Assembly: GCF_964204865.1 (NCBI RefSeq)
Contig: NC_135260.1
Coordinates: 8,866,001-8,930,000 of the forward strand
Direction of reading: 5' to 3'
Source of the DNA: Styela clava
Lineage: Eukaryota
Length of the DNA: 64,000 bases
A program made the position numbers and the translations under genes. A model generated the notes under the pieces. It was not told the origin of the DNA. It saw only the letters and a list, made by a program, of their open reading frames with translations, and did not search any database. Shown piece after piece: positions 1-13,500 of this stretch. Positions within the stretch are counted from its first letter, which is position 1, and each line of letters opens with the position of its first letter.

Positions 1-162
1 AGATTGTAATACATTATACTTACGGCTACGATTATTGTTTTGCAACTGTATGCTGTCCGATTATATACAACGTAATTTAATTAAACAAAGCTGTTATGAC
101 GTAACAAGATTTGAATACACAAGCAGACGCATTGTTGCTTGGATTGTATGATTTCAGTGGTT

Positions 163-3100
163 TTATACAATTAACAAGACAGCCAACCCTAATAAAATCA
201 AAAACATATCCGTCAGGTTTGCACTAGTTGCTGAAGATCCCCAGTTGTCTTGACAACTTTTGTATGCGTCAAAATCTACTTCCGTCATGGCGCATAATTG
301 ATATTTTTGACATGTTTCATCACACTTTTTAAGGTTATAGGAAACTGAATTGTATAAGAAGTACTTGTTGAAAACTTCTGGACATGATGTTTTAATAGAT
401 TCGCATCCTGAGCGCATGTTCAATGCTAAGTTTCCCCAAGAAACAGTAGATATATCGGGGATGTTAAAGGCTTCTGTCGCTGTGTATTCGAGTTCCCACA
501 TGTCAGCTGCTTCGGATTGCGAGTCATTATTTGCCTTCGCTAAATCCAAGTAGTATTGTTGGTAATCCTGAGAAGGAGGCATATAATTATATTGTTTCAG
601 ATCATTGGCTCTGACTAGGGCTGGGCATTTCAAATCAAATATTCGAATCGAATAGTAAATTATTCGAATCGATTTAGAGCAAAATTTCGAATCGCCGCCA
701 TCTTGTTTTTTTCTTTTCTGCCAATTGTCGAGGTAAATTTCTCAATTCTTTTTATTGAAGCCATATTTTTTTAACACAATTCTGACATATGACTCTTTTC
801 TGTAGTGATTTATTGATGAAAACAAGTATTTTATTGTGCGTGAACGCTCAGCAATCTGTCCAAGTGATGTATTTTACTTTTCCAGTAATTTATGTGTCTG
901 GAGAACCCAATACAAGAAGAAAGTTACATACAATTATATATCTCCCAAGTATTCGAGATTCGATTCGAAAAAATTACTCGATTTGATTCTAAAATCATCA
1001 GGTATTCGAAAATGCCCAGCCCTAGCTCTGACACAAAGAGTGCCAACTGACACAATGAGTGTCAATAGTCAAAACATAATGGTAAAGTGGAGATTTACCA
1101 AGCATGCGGGCGAATTAAGCCATGGCCATGGTTATAGCCATGATGTTATAGCCATGTAGATTACTTCAGACGTCAGAGCTTACAGTTTTAACGAATTAAA
1201 CCATTAGCGCAAACAGAGGCTTGAAGCATCGTGCTCGAAGGTAAATATAATTCAATGATATGAATATAGTAAAACATTAGAAAAATTGTTAAAATGCGCA
1301 TAGAAATGATATTCATACATATGGTTTTCTTTGTTTACAAATTTCTTTTGCCTCCGCTTTGAAATTCAAAACACTAAATCGTCATTAAACGACGTAATAA
1401 CTTAGAAATCGAAAAAGAATCAGTCGGATATATTCATATTTAGGCCATGAAAATAAATAATATATTAGATATAATAAATATCAAACGAATTTAGAACCTT
1501 GAGATGCAGAGAATCTCTGTCGTACTCTATTAATCGAATTCCAGGATTGTTTGCACCGTCGTCAACTCCAGGCAGTGTTGTCATCCATGGAGTAATTCCA
1601 GGCGTCAGTAATACCGACGATATCTACAGTGGAAAAAATATACTTTCATCAAGTAAGTTGACATAAGCAGGAGTCTGTCAAAGCAGAACTAAAGAAGATA
1701 TTGTCTACTTTAAAATGTTAAAATTTAACTAAATACAAACACTCAGCCATAACCGCATCCAAGTGTTATACAAGCCAATTCGCAGTATTGATAAAAACTT
1801 TGATTGATAAACATTTGTTTCTTCATGATTGCAATGCAAATTAAACCTGTTATCGATGTGCTAATCAAATACTGTTGGATTGCTCAATTTTCACGATTAA
1901 ATAAATATGTGTCACGGGAGGGATCTAGTCATGGTGAACTACATTTATCCATTATGCTTTTAAAATATAAATGAGATTTACAAATTTAGCAGTACTGTAT
2001 ATTCAAGTCCTTGTTTAAAACATGTTTTAAAAGATTTGTATAATCAGATTACCTTGATTACATTTCCACCATTTCGCAGAGGGGACGATTTTGGATTCAG
2101 CTGAAGATTATAGATTGTGCCTTTTCATCTAGTAACTAGTTTCAAAACTTCAAATTATAACATAAATTGGTATTAGGTTATATTTTACCACTTTGCCAGA
2201 TGCATCCTTAAAAATCTTGAAATGATCAGTGTGATGATGTCCAAAGAACTGCCCAGAAATGACATCGGCATAAGATCGTATGATGTCGTTGAAACGTTCA
2301 TTGTATTCCGGATATAGCCAATACCAAGGTTCAATTGCAGCGTGCTCAAAGTATCCGGAAGGAATATGACCAACCAAAAACACCTATAATATTGAAAAAT
2401 AAATAAAAAAAAATTGGAATGAAAACAAGAATTTTCTGTTTCAAAAATTTGTAGATCTCTATGGATGGACTACCGCTAATAATTATTGGTACAAGCATCG
2501 GTGAAAATCGATCAAGTAAAGTAAACCTCTCATTGAATACTTCTACCGAAAATATTTTTCTAAGCTCACCTTCTGTGAATTTTGTTTAGCTGAATTCAGC
2601 GAATCTTCCATCCATGCAAATTCATCTCCTGGATCTCCAGTTCCGTCAACTTTTTTGTTACTTTTGTACCAAAAATTACTGTTCAACGCAATAAGCAAAT
2701 GTTGATTTTTCGATCCAAACGTTTCTTTATAGAATCCATCTGAAAATTTTTAATTCAGTACCGCGTTCAAAAAATAATAATTCTCTGTGCTTAGAGCGGG
2801 GGGTAATGTATATTCAAAATATACCTTTTTGAAACGACGTGAAACTCTCTGGTGTCAGCCAGTCTTCCCATAGTTGTGCAATTTGAGATAAGATTTCGTT
2901 TTCGCCAGGCGCCATTTGATTTTTTGGATACATATCATGATTGCCAAGAACTGGATAGACTTTTGTGTTAGGAAAAACATCTTTTATCAATATAGTTATA
3001 TTGCCAACAATTTCAACAACCGTATGAGCCGGGACGTATTTCTCTTCATCATTTGTATGTAATGTGTCGTCTCTAGGATATGTATAATAATAAATTTAAT

Positions 3101-4284
3101 TTTTTTTAATAACTCTTCAAACAGGCAGTAATGGTAAGTCGATCTTAACAATAACCATAACAAGCTGGACCCGACACTGAATATTCAATGTCGTGATAAC
3201 AGGTTAAAATGGTCATCGCGTAATTCGATTGTCCATCTGAATCCTTGTTGGATTAACAACCACTGTTTATCATTTAGTTGATGGTTGATTTAGATTATTG
3301 TAATAAAAGCAAAGCAATCATGCTTGTCCCGAGTATTTTCAGTGCATGGCGGATTATTGGTTAGAAGTTTCAGTTAATTATATGCTCCTGCATCATAAAT
3401 TGTAGGTCATCTATTGTGGAAACCGGTGTTAAACACCCGTTGACCAAAAGGGCACGTTTCCCTATAATAAATTCTCTTGATAAAAGGTGATTAACTTCAA
3501 TTTTGTCAGTTGATTCATGTAACGTTACAAACAAATTGGTGACTTATGATAAGAGTATCATGTTGTTTTAGCATGTTTATAAACTAAATTATAAACAAGA
3601 ATAATCGCTTACCCAGTCCATAAAATAAAATCTGGATCCGGTTTTATTCTTTTCATTGCGTAAACAGACGAGTTGATAAGATTCCACGGTGAATCACACC
3701 TGAAATGTGAGCATTCCATGAAATATTCTGAAGGATTTTGAATTGATAAATCATCTCATTTTCAGAAAGTTGAAAGGTTCGAGAATTGCTGGATATCTCG
3801 GGTCTACGTCGGGTCGCGTCTTTGAAGTCTAACCCACCAGCTAACTTCATTTATTTAGCAACTTCCATACCAACACGCGCTGGTAATTAAAGTGACACGT
3901 CATATGATTACAAACTTTCTGAATATAAAACTTCTGTTTCGATGACACATATTATAGCCACAAGATACGTGGGACCGACTGACATTAGTGCTCAGTCAGC
4001 ACTCAATAGTGATAACGGGAAGCCACGAATCCAGGCATTGTACACCAGATTTAACGTTATGGTACCTACTTATAATCTCCTAATGGCCCGGCATCTAATG
4101 TAGCGGCTCCATAAGATGATGGGCAAACTTTTGTTGGGTCATCAGCATTTTCAGTGTAGTATGGATCTAAATGATGATCGCTGATATGCCAGAATGTGCC
4201 GATATTTTGTCCTTGGGCTCCGTAAAATTCAATTTTACAAAGGGAAAACATACACAAAATCACAACGAAGTTTATGAAACTCAT
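163..4284 (-). CDS. SMPDL3B: Acid sphingomyelinase-like phosphodiesterase (SMPDL3 family, 3B-like, probably GPI-anchored), 7 exons, about 481 aa
   Basis: Phase-consistent GT-AG exons: 4284-4070, 3699-3613, 3072-2825, 2739-2570, 2383-2189, 1623-1498, 567-163. Signal peptide and metallophosphoesterase motifs WHISDHHLD, CDSPW, DFILWTGDD, LGNHD, GHIP, FFGHHHTD, NNPGIR. The C-terminus has small residues (GSSA) followed by a hydrophobic tail, as in a GPI signal. The 3B versus 3A assignment rests on this tail only. Confidence 0.9.
616..1024. mobile_element. hAT-type MITE in the last SMPDL3 intron
   Basis: TIR TAGGGCTGGGCATTT...AAATGCCCAGCCCTA, perfect 8-bp TSD GCTCTGAC (608-615, 1025-1032), subterminal ATTCGA repeats. 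Confidence 0.9.
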
Positions 4285-4339
4285 TGTTATATATATATAT
4301 CTGTAAAAAAGCGAGTATTAATGTAAATATTCATATGAC

Positions 4340-5092
4340 TAGGCTTACCATACGTCCCGTCTTAAGCGGGACAGTCCCATTTTTTAACGTTTTGTCCCGG
4401 CGTCCCGACCGGCCAGTCAAAAGTCCCGCTTTGGCGTTCGGCCAGCCAGCGTAATACACGAACATTACCAATTAGCATGTTTTCGTTACTGTTGTTGCTG
4501 TGTAGCGTACCGGTTGCCTACTACTTACCGAATGTGAATAGGTGATTTTGTTTGTTTCGTTGTTTCCCGCTAACATTGTTAGCGGATAATTGGATAATTT
4601 GTTATGTGTAAGCCCCGTATGTCAAGATAGTGCTGGTCAGCAGAACTTGAGAGCCGTTATCACATGTAAAATCAATACTGATTGGTCCTCCTCTGACTTT
4701 TACGAGAATGTAACATTGAATAATGTATTTTCGAAGATTATCTACAGAAAAGTAGGATTGGGCGAATAAGTAAATTCCCAATGCTCGAAAACAGCAGGCT
4801 ATTTTTTAATTCTTCATTTCTATTGCTTTACATATTAAATCTAAATTCGAATTATTTTGTATCGTTAACGTCAATTTCTTCCTATTTTTTGAACTGAAAC
4901 CGATATTTAGACATAGAATATGCGCATGAACTCTCGATGACAATGTGGTCAATGAAGACAGCCGAGATGACTAGGTAGGCCTATCTCTATGTAGTGAAAT
5001 CGGATAATAAATAGGATTAAAAAAATCTCAGCTAAGGGTGGTCGGTCTGTGGAGGCGTCCCGCTTTGAAGTCACAAAAAGATGGTAACCCTA
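4340..5092. mobile_element. Non-autonomous hAT element just upstream of the SMPDL3 ATG
   Basis: TIR TAGGCTTACCAT...ATGGTAACCCTA (11/12), perfect 8-bp TSD CATATGAC (4332-4339, 5093-5100), subterminal GTCCCG repeats. Confidence 0.88.
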
Positions 5093-6512
5093 CATATGAC
5101 ACATATTATGCCAATTACTGTTTCAGAGCTTTGTAACTATTCTAGTCATGTCGGATAACTTTTGCCTAATTTTATGTAACGTTTCCTAAGATGCTATTCA
5201 CATTATCCCAGTCTCGAACATTCAAATATATTACTGATAAAGCCGAATTTTTTCAACCATCCTAACTCAGATGCAACATTCATGCTAACTTGTCGTAATC
5301 AGTTTATGACTACTCGTGCAAATGTTTGCATTGATCTTTTCATATTTGTTCTATGCTAACAGATAAACTAACATTGCACGATAAAGTGATATTTGACAAA
5401 ACTGCATGGACTATTGTTACCGACACTGATTTCTATATCAAAGAAGTGTGCCGATTTTGTTAAATACGCATTTATATTTCGACATATATCGAGGGCTGAA
5501 CATAAACTTATTTTATGATCGGGTTCCAACAAAGTAGATGCTCTTATAGTCTCAGGCCCTAATACCTCTAACATAAATGAGTGAAAATTTGAATATTCCT
5601 TTCCCCGCTACTAATTCAAAGTATTACTTAGTAAAAGCATACCGATTACAGCGTAACGATTTGCGTCTTGTCAATATTAAAATTTAATTGCAACTATGAT
5701 CAACCAACTACTATCTTTAATTGTTCCTTTTGTCAATGATAATTTGCTATGATGTGATTCTGGGGCAAGATTTGAGGCAGATTAAGTGAGATAGCTACAA
5801 GTTTTGTGTGAACGGGTATTTATCAGCACGACGAAGAACTGCTGTTTAATTAGTAAAAAAATCTAAAGAAATGGGGACTTCATAAATAACAATCGAAGGT
5901 TTACATCTTGGTACTGTGGCTGTTTAGCCAAATCCGAATTTATCATTTGGTTCAGCATGGTCTTCTTCATTTACTTCATGAGGTGTTTTTGTGAGAGGGG
6001 GTTTATCTTTTAATATTGTGTCTTGAAAGAATTTTGGTTTAAAAGAGATAAGGGAGTTTTGTTACGCCATAGGCAATATTTTGCTAAATTTACATCGGAC
6101 CAAGGTCCAACAAAATTAGGGTCAATATGGAGGCAATTTTGTTGGAATTCTCTTCAAATAGCTCAATAAACGCAATATTGCTTTCACCGACCGAAGTAGG
6201 TAAATTTTGGATCTCGATCGTTTCCTTATAGTGATATTTCAAAAACTCCAAATACTACACTATTTTTGGAAAATTTCAGCATGTTTCTCGTTCAATAGAG
6301 TAATAGTTGATTTGGTATGAAAATCACGATGTAAGATGTCTTTGGGAACTAGAAAATTAATTTGGTCATAAGAAAGAGTTCCAGTTTTGTTTTGACATTG
6401 CTTGCAGTTTTGAAATGTTGGTGCAGAGAACTTTTGTCTGCTAGTAAGAAACGAGCTATTTAAATGTACCATATGTTTCAGTGATAAACTCATTTTACAC
6501 GAAAGAAATAAA

Positions 6513-8342
6513 ATGGACTTCTGTATATTATTGCTGCTGGTCTCCACCATTTACTCATCGATTCTCTCGTGCACATTTGCTAATACGGATTGCGGTTCTT
6601 GCCATTCCATTTGTAATGAAACTGATGAAGGAATAACGGTTGATCGTAGCATAAGGTATCAAAGATGTATAGGACCACCCGGACAGAATGGGTCTCTTGG
6701 TCTGAAAGGAGAACCTGGCACCCGTGGACCTCCTGGTCAACACTGCGTCTGCGAAGAATACAAAAATCTTTTGAGTCAAGTAGAGTTTCTGCGGGAAGAA
6801 TTAGAAGGTGTGTAGATGGTTAACCATACTATCATAATTACAGACACTGTACCACAGTGGTAAAATGGTTTCTTTACAATGGCCGCGGTGGAGGTTAGTT
6901 GGCTCCAGTGAATTTAATCACAATAATTTATATTTGCAAATTTTATTTATATATATTCAATTTTTGATTGTTGTTCAGTAGCATTTCAGTTAGCATACAC
7001 AACACAAGAGCACTCAAGGTATATAATACGGAATGACCAAATCAACACACCCAGCGTAAACTTTAAAATAGATATATCATTACGACGAATTATTAAAGAA
7101 GTTTATGATTCGATAGCAATAATTTTAAATTTCAGAAATTCAAGGAAATATTTTTAAATTAGTTTAACAAAATTACCTTATACACATTCTCCAGTTTTAA
7201 TTGTTTCAAGACTTTTATTGCATCGATTTTAAACTCAGTGGTTATGAGCTGACCAGCTACAATATTTCAGCAATTCAATGTTAATCTTTGATGATGAACT
7301 AAACATAGATATAAACATAAAAATTCTTAATTTAAACTCTGGCGCGAACACGACCAGAAAAGACCCGATCTGGCGTGAAATTATGAGCCGACAAGTAATG
7401 AAATGGTACATTATTTTGGATGTCTTATTCTGTAATACGCTTGTTTCACCCAAACACATAGTCGCATTTAGAACAGTTTTTTTACGACGACTCCTATCAT
7501 TTTATTCAGTGTTCAAAAAACATTCCAAGATGGAATTCTCGGAATGGAAAAAGGCAAAAAATGGGATGTGGTATCGTTTGTATGAAGACCGAGCAAATTG
7601 GGAACAAGCAAAATTAAATTGCGAAGCAGAAAACGCAAGATTGCCTTCGACCGGAATGAGAAATAGAACCATACGAAAGTAAGTGTTTTCTTTCCTTTTT
7701 ATTAGTGTTAATTTCAAGTTATTTTTGTTGAGGCAAAAGGATTTTTGATGGATGGTGATGATGGAATGAAGGAATTCTTTGTTTCAACGTTTGTTGTCTA
7801 TGGAATTTTTTCAAATGCGAATTTCCCATTAGTTCAGCGTTTACACTAAAATGAATGTATGTGACAACATGGGATCAACAGCACCGTTCGTGTTCTCGTG
7901 ATACCACTTCTCGTTCCTCACTAGTCTTGCGGTTGATGGTCGAGACAATCTTTGTTTGCAATTGAGTTGCAATTTGTTTAATATCAATGCTATTATAAGA
8001 TATACTGAATGTTATTATTAAAAACTTTCTCGGGTTGTTGCTAGTTAAACTTTTATTTCTATTTATTATTTAAGGGAAGTATTTCGTGGTTTACCGAGAA
8101 CAATAAAGTATCTGTGGTTGGGATTCAACGATATCCAGCAAGAGGGAAGATGGGTCTGGTCAGACAATGTCGAACTCTTCGATTTCTACTGGCGGGGAGG
8201 AGAACCAAATAATGCTTGGGGTGTCGAAGATTGCGCTCGCCTTAGAATTGAATCGCATGAAACAGGGAAAATAACAGTAAACGACCTCCCTTGCACTCAG
8301 ATGGCTATAACTTCTCGTTATATATGCGAATACGTGCCGTAG
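6513..8342 (+). CDS. Collectin-like C-type lectin C1, 3 exons, about 243 aa
   Basis: Exons 6513-6807, 7510-7678, 8075-8342. Signal peptide, Cys-rich segment, 8 Gly-X-Y triplets (GPPGQNGSLGLKGEPGTRGPPGQH), CVC neck, CTLD with WLG, EPN, EDC, VND, YICE. AATAAA at 8370. Confidence 0.9.
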
Positions 8343-8405
8343 TGTCACGGCGTAATGAAAACTAAATTCAATAAACTTATACTCATTCCACCAAAGTCTT
8401 TTACA

Positions 8406-8621
8406 GGCGCTCTCGATGGCGGACACCGAAACGTAGTACAGTATGTGTACCAGGTTAGGGTTAGGCCATAGTTTTATTCCAATTTTCCTCATTTTAGTTC
8501 TATTACGAGTTCGATGACTAGCCAAGTGACTCCCGTAGTATTTCCAGAAATTATGGCATAACCTGGTACACATACTACGTTCCGGTGTCCGCCATCTTGG
8601 TTTACATACTACGGGAGTACG
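8406..8621. mobile_element. Palindromic MITE (GG..CC-end family with GGTTAGGGTTAGG), copy 1
   Basis: Homologous to 25602-25837; 8-bp TSD CTTTTACA (8398-8405, 8622-8629). Confidence 0.85.
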
Positions 8622-10245
8622 CTTTTACAAGTAATTTCGTGATGAGAAACGGTCATTTTACTTTCTAAAATTCTTCAAAAACTGCTTTGTGAGGATAATT
8701 TCATAACATGTATTAGTAAATACAAAGTATCAACTAACAACTGGGTAATTATTTTATAAATGTTATAGTAACGAACAAATGAATATCTGCATCTCAATAT
8801 TTTTTGTGAGTGATAAATTTGAGTAAAATTTATTTTGTTGGTTCCATATTTCAGTCTCTTTTTGCAGTTATAACTATGCGGTTAGCAATACTTGAATCTC
8901 ATTTAACTATGAAAATTTAAATAAATTACCTTCGCACGGCAGTGAAAAATATTACATCATTTCACTATAATAAAACATGAATCGTTATTACGTTGGGGCA
9001 AACAGAAGTTTTTCAAGGCAATCGGAAGTAGTTGATAAGTAGTACAGTGGTGAAAGCCTAGGACAGGAATGACGAACCATTGACCAGCGGGTCACAAAAT
9101 GACCCAACGTGTGACAAACATGACGGCGCGTTAAAGAAGCAACAGCGCATTTCTCATTGATTTAATTTCTGTGACTCACGGTCCTCTATACTGTGATAAG
9201 AATAAATTATTTAACCTATTTAATTCAAGGGACAGCGAGCGGTACATACAGCGCAATAACTTCGACCAAATTGACTGTATAACGCTGATGAAATCCCAAT
9301 GTTTACACAAGATAAACCTGCAGAGTTGTTCCGCATGAGCGCAAGTTAGATACGACTGTTTTCACGGTGAAGATGATGGCAGTTTTACTACGGACTTAGC
9401 TCAGATATAAGGGAGCAAGGCAAGGTTTCAAATATTTTGAGTACAATGTACAATTATCGAGATATTATAAAAACTCTTACGTCTAACAGACGAAACGCTA
9501 CAATTTTCATCGCAAAAAGTAGGTTTTTATGCCTAACATATATTCTGCTGTAGTTACGATATTTAGATATTTGTTGGTTACAGAATAGGCCCTCACTGGG
9601 AATCTGAAATTAGGGGACGTCCGATGAGAATCGATACTCGTGTATATAGAATGCAGTGACGTTTATGATATATACTTCTACTCGACAACAACGTTTGCAC
9701 TTCATATCGCCATAAGATGACTAATAATGGATATTGAATTTGCTATATGTATGGCGTGCAGCTGATGCCTTACCATTTCAATATTAACTGCTTTAACGGG
9801 TTGATTTGGATTTATAATTGAATGATAACATCAGCCCGGCTATGTAACTAGGGCGCAATAATATAACATAAGAGCTGCACTCAATAAATGGACACGAAAA
9901 TCAAATGACGATCGAAATATTAGCTAAATTCCAGCCAAATCGTAAATTGTGTAAAAATATAATAATGGATAAATAAAAATAATGGGTTCCCAGAGACTAT
10001 TTCGTTGCGTATTGAAAATTTGAATAAGGTGGGTTCCATCAGTTGCGCAGAAAACGTCCATTTAGTGTAATATCTTTTATGATGTTTAAAGTACTGTAAA
10101 TAGGTTTCTCAATTTCCATTTACGACTTGGATAGCCCTTTATCATTGTAATATTATCAGGGTTTGCTATAATAACACGTATCAGACTGAGGAATCGATGG
10201 TCAGTTGAAAGTGTTAGGAACTGAAATTAAGAAATTTTTCAATAT

Positions 10246-10469
10246 GTATGTGAACCAAGATGACGGGCACCGGAACGTAGTGTGTGTGCCAAGTGATAGT
10301 TGGGCCATAATTCCAGGTACAAATACTACGGGAGTCAATTGGCTAGTCCCCGAACGCGTAATAGAACTGAAATAAGGAAAATTGGAAAAAAATTATGGCC
10401 TAACCCTAACCTGGTACACATACTACGTTCCGGTGTCCGCCATCTTAGTTCACATAATTCGGGAGTATC
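10246..10469. mobile_element. Palindromic MITE, copy 2 (left end truncated), about 50 bp upstream of the HAO start codon
   Basis: Same long inverted arms (AACCAAGATG.CGG.CACCGGAACGTAG / CTACGTTCCGGTGTCCGCCATCTT) as the other copies. Confidence 0.8.
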
Positions 10470-10520
10470 CTTATTCTTTTTAACTAATTACTTGACTGGA
10501 AAGGAAAAACTTCTTAAAAC

Positions 10521-13500
10521 ATGGAATCAAATCTAATATGCATAGAAGATTATGAAAGAATAGCAAAGAAGAGAATATCTCCTTATTACTGGGGATTCTA
10601 CTCTGGCGGAGCAGTGGGGGAACATACTATAAAAGAAAATTGTGACGCATATAAGAGGTAGGTCACCTTACTTATATATAAATTTTATTTGACTATACAA
10701 TTGCATTTTTTGAATTCACAATTTTGATAAGACGATGATACTACCTGGACCTGGTACCATCACAGCCATCTTTCATTGATTTTCAGGTGGAGATTTCGAC
10801 CGAAGCTTTTAAGAAACGTTTCAAAAGTGGACTGTTCCACCACAGTTTTGAATTTACGGATTCCCTTTCCGATTTGTGTTGGTCCGACAGCAAATCATGC
10901 TTTTGCATATCAAGAAGGCGAAGTGGCGACAGCAAAAGGTGATGATTAGAGAAGGCTTTTTTCCACAAATCGATTTCAATTTCTAAATACGTTTACTTCC
11001 ACTCAATTACAAATTTGTCTTGAGTATGATGTAACAGGCATTTCGTCTAAAAAATTTCTGTGTTATTGCGCTTGTTCGCCGATCTTTTCAGTGAACTCGA
11101 TTCGTACCCGTCACCCTGCATGGCGTACGTGTCCATATATTTGAACATCCGTTTTTTTATGATTCAATCGTATAGTAGTACTTCATACTTTCGTCCAAGT
11201 TCACAATGTTTGCTGCCGCGATAAATACAATTATTAGTTTGTCACAGAAGTTACATTTGATCGTTTAGCTGCAGCGTCCCTGGGCACTGGAATGACATTG
11301 AGTTTATTCAGCAACCGTAGTATGGAAGAAGTTGCAATGGAGGCTCCGGATGGAATCCGGTGGTGTCATATTCAAGTTATTCCGGTTTGATAAAATTAGT
11401 TGATTTTTAATGACGTGTTAGTTGTCTATAATGTAAAATATAGAAGAAACTATAGAAGCCGACCTTTGAACACTCTGAAATTGCAATCGCGTCATTTTAT
11501 ATGACGTCATAATCAACCATTTAGTCCCGCAAAAGGTACAATTTTGCTGCAAATTACGAAGACGACTTTGTTCAAAAGTAATGGCGACCGTTTTTTATTT
11601 CAAGCTTATAATTGATCTATTAACGTCATATGCCAGAGACCGTTCTCAGATCGAACAGTTCGCCGTATCAATATACCCATGTTTTGGAATCATAGCTAAG
11701 TTTGAAATATAATTCGTCTGTATTTGAGAACGTCGATATGCGGGAAAAAAAAATCCAAAAGTTTGACCTTTTTTTAGTATAACCTAGTTAAAACGGGCCA
11801 GTTGTGATTAGTTTATTTAATATTTACATTATAATCTAAACATATCAAGTGGTGATTTTTTCAGGATCGCGCAGTGATGGGCGATGTTATAACACGAGCG
11901 GAAGAGAACGGATTTCGGGGATTTATTGTAACAATTGACCAACCAGTATTTGGAAAACGATGCAACAAAACGGACGATGGAGAGACATATGATTTCATAT
12001 TTGACCTGGAGTAATCATTGTTACTTATCTCTCAACTCTTCTTTACACTACTTTTCACACTTTCCAATGCTTATATTGCATCATATTATCTATTTTTTGA
12101 AAAAACAGGCAAAAGAATATCTCCACATCAATCAAAAAGTGGAAACCCAACGCGCAGATGGAAGATATTGTAGCAACTTGTTACAGTTATTTGGATGGAA
12201 CGGAAACTTGGGAAAATATTGATTGGCTGAAACAAAGAACAAACCTCCCGATTGTTGTTAAAGGAATATTAACAGGTCACTTCCAAAAGAATGCCAAATA
12301 AATATTTATCGTGTATGAGTGAGATGAAGTATCCATTAGATTGGTCGTTATTGTATCGTATTTTAACCAAAGGCTTTTGTTGGCTTTTCGATATCATAAC
12401 TTATATTTGGTCAAAATCAATTCAACCTAAGCTTTTTGACGCTCAACAATTTTTATATTATAAATGAGAAAATTTGACACTGTTTGCACAAACACAATTT
12501 TGTTCAATTTTATCATATCTAGAGGAAATGGCTTTAGAAGCAATTGAACATAAAGTTGATGGCATATTGGTATCAAATCACGGTGGAAGACAACTTGATG
12601 GAACGTTTGCCACGGTTTGTTGAATATGATGTGAATTTAAACTGACATGTATATGAATTACTTTACATACGTATAACAAAATTAGAATGTCTGTAAGTTG
12701 TTAATTCAATTACTTTGCGGCAATAACAATTTACCACGAATCTTAGTTAAATAAATATTATACTACTGTTGTACAATAATATCAACCGAATACGAAACCA
12801 CCTTTTTGAAACATTACAGCAAAACCGGACTTCGATCAATCATTCTCATAAAATAGTCTATGACAGTGGTTCCCAAACTTTTTAGAGTTGGGACCCACTA
12901 TTTATTACCACAGCTTATGGCGACCCACTGAACTTTTTATGACATAACACAGAACACAGCAATGGCTAATCATCGCAAAACTACCGTGTTTTTTCGAAAA
13001 TAAGACTTGGCCTGAAAATAAGACCTAATTTGAATTTTCAAAAATGATTTTAATTAAACCTTACCCTAAAATAAATTTAAAATGTGTGGGAGAGGGAAGG
13101 TTCAATGACCTGAGATAAGGTGAAGATCACACCATTATTCAAGATTGTGTGATGTCACAATCACAATTATGATATTTGTCACTTGGTTTTTGTATAAGAA
13201 ATACAAATAAAAACAATGGATGTCGGTTTTTATATAATGTTCATTAAAAAATCTCGTGATTTTCTACAATGTAAGTTTATTATTGATAAATGATGAACGA
13301 TTCACCAGTGGGTCGCGACCCACATTCCGTTGAAAGTAAGCAGATCAACTTTATGTGACTATGTGACAACCAGGTGTGATTAATGAAAATGACTGTGCCG
13401 GCATAAATATGGGCCGGTTTGCAATTTTTCTATCCATATTATGGTATCTCATGCTCATATAATCCTCTTCTTTTTTCTCAAAGTTTAGATCGACTCTTTA

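Noticed and set aside
5368-5574. 68-aa ORF between SMPDL3 and C1
   Set aside because: No motif, splice context or homology that I can support.
8455-8466. GGTTAGGGTTAGG as telomeric or interstitial telomere sequence (also near 10400, 25650, 25770, 61547)
   Set aside because: Only about two units each, always inside MITE arms.
8160-8573. Similar ORFs containing WPNPNL (also 10300, 25577, 61537) as a small gene family
   Set aside because: They are chance translations of the same MITE.
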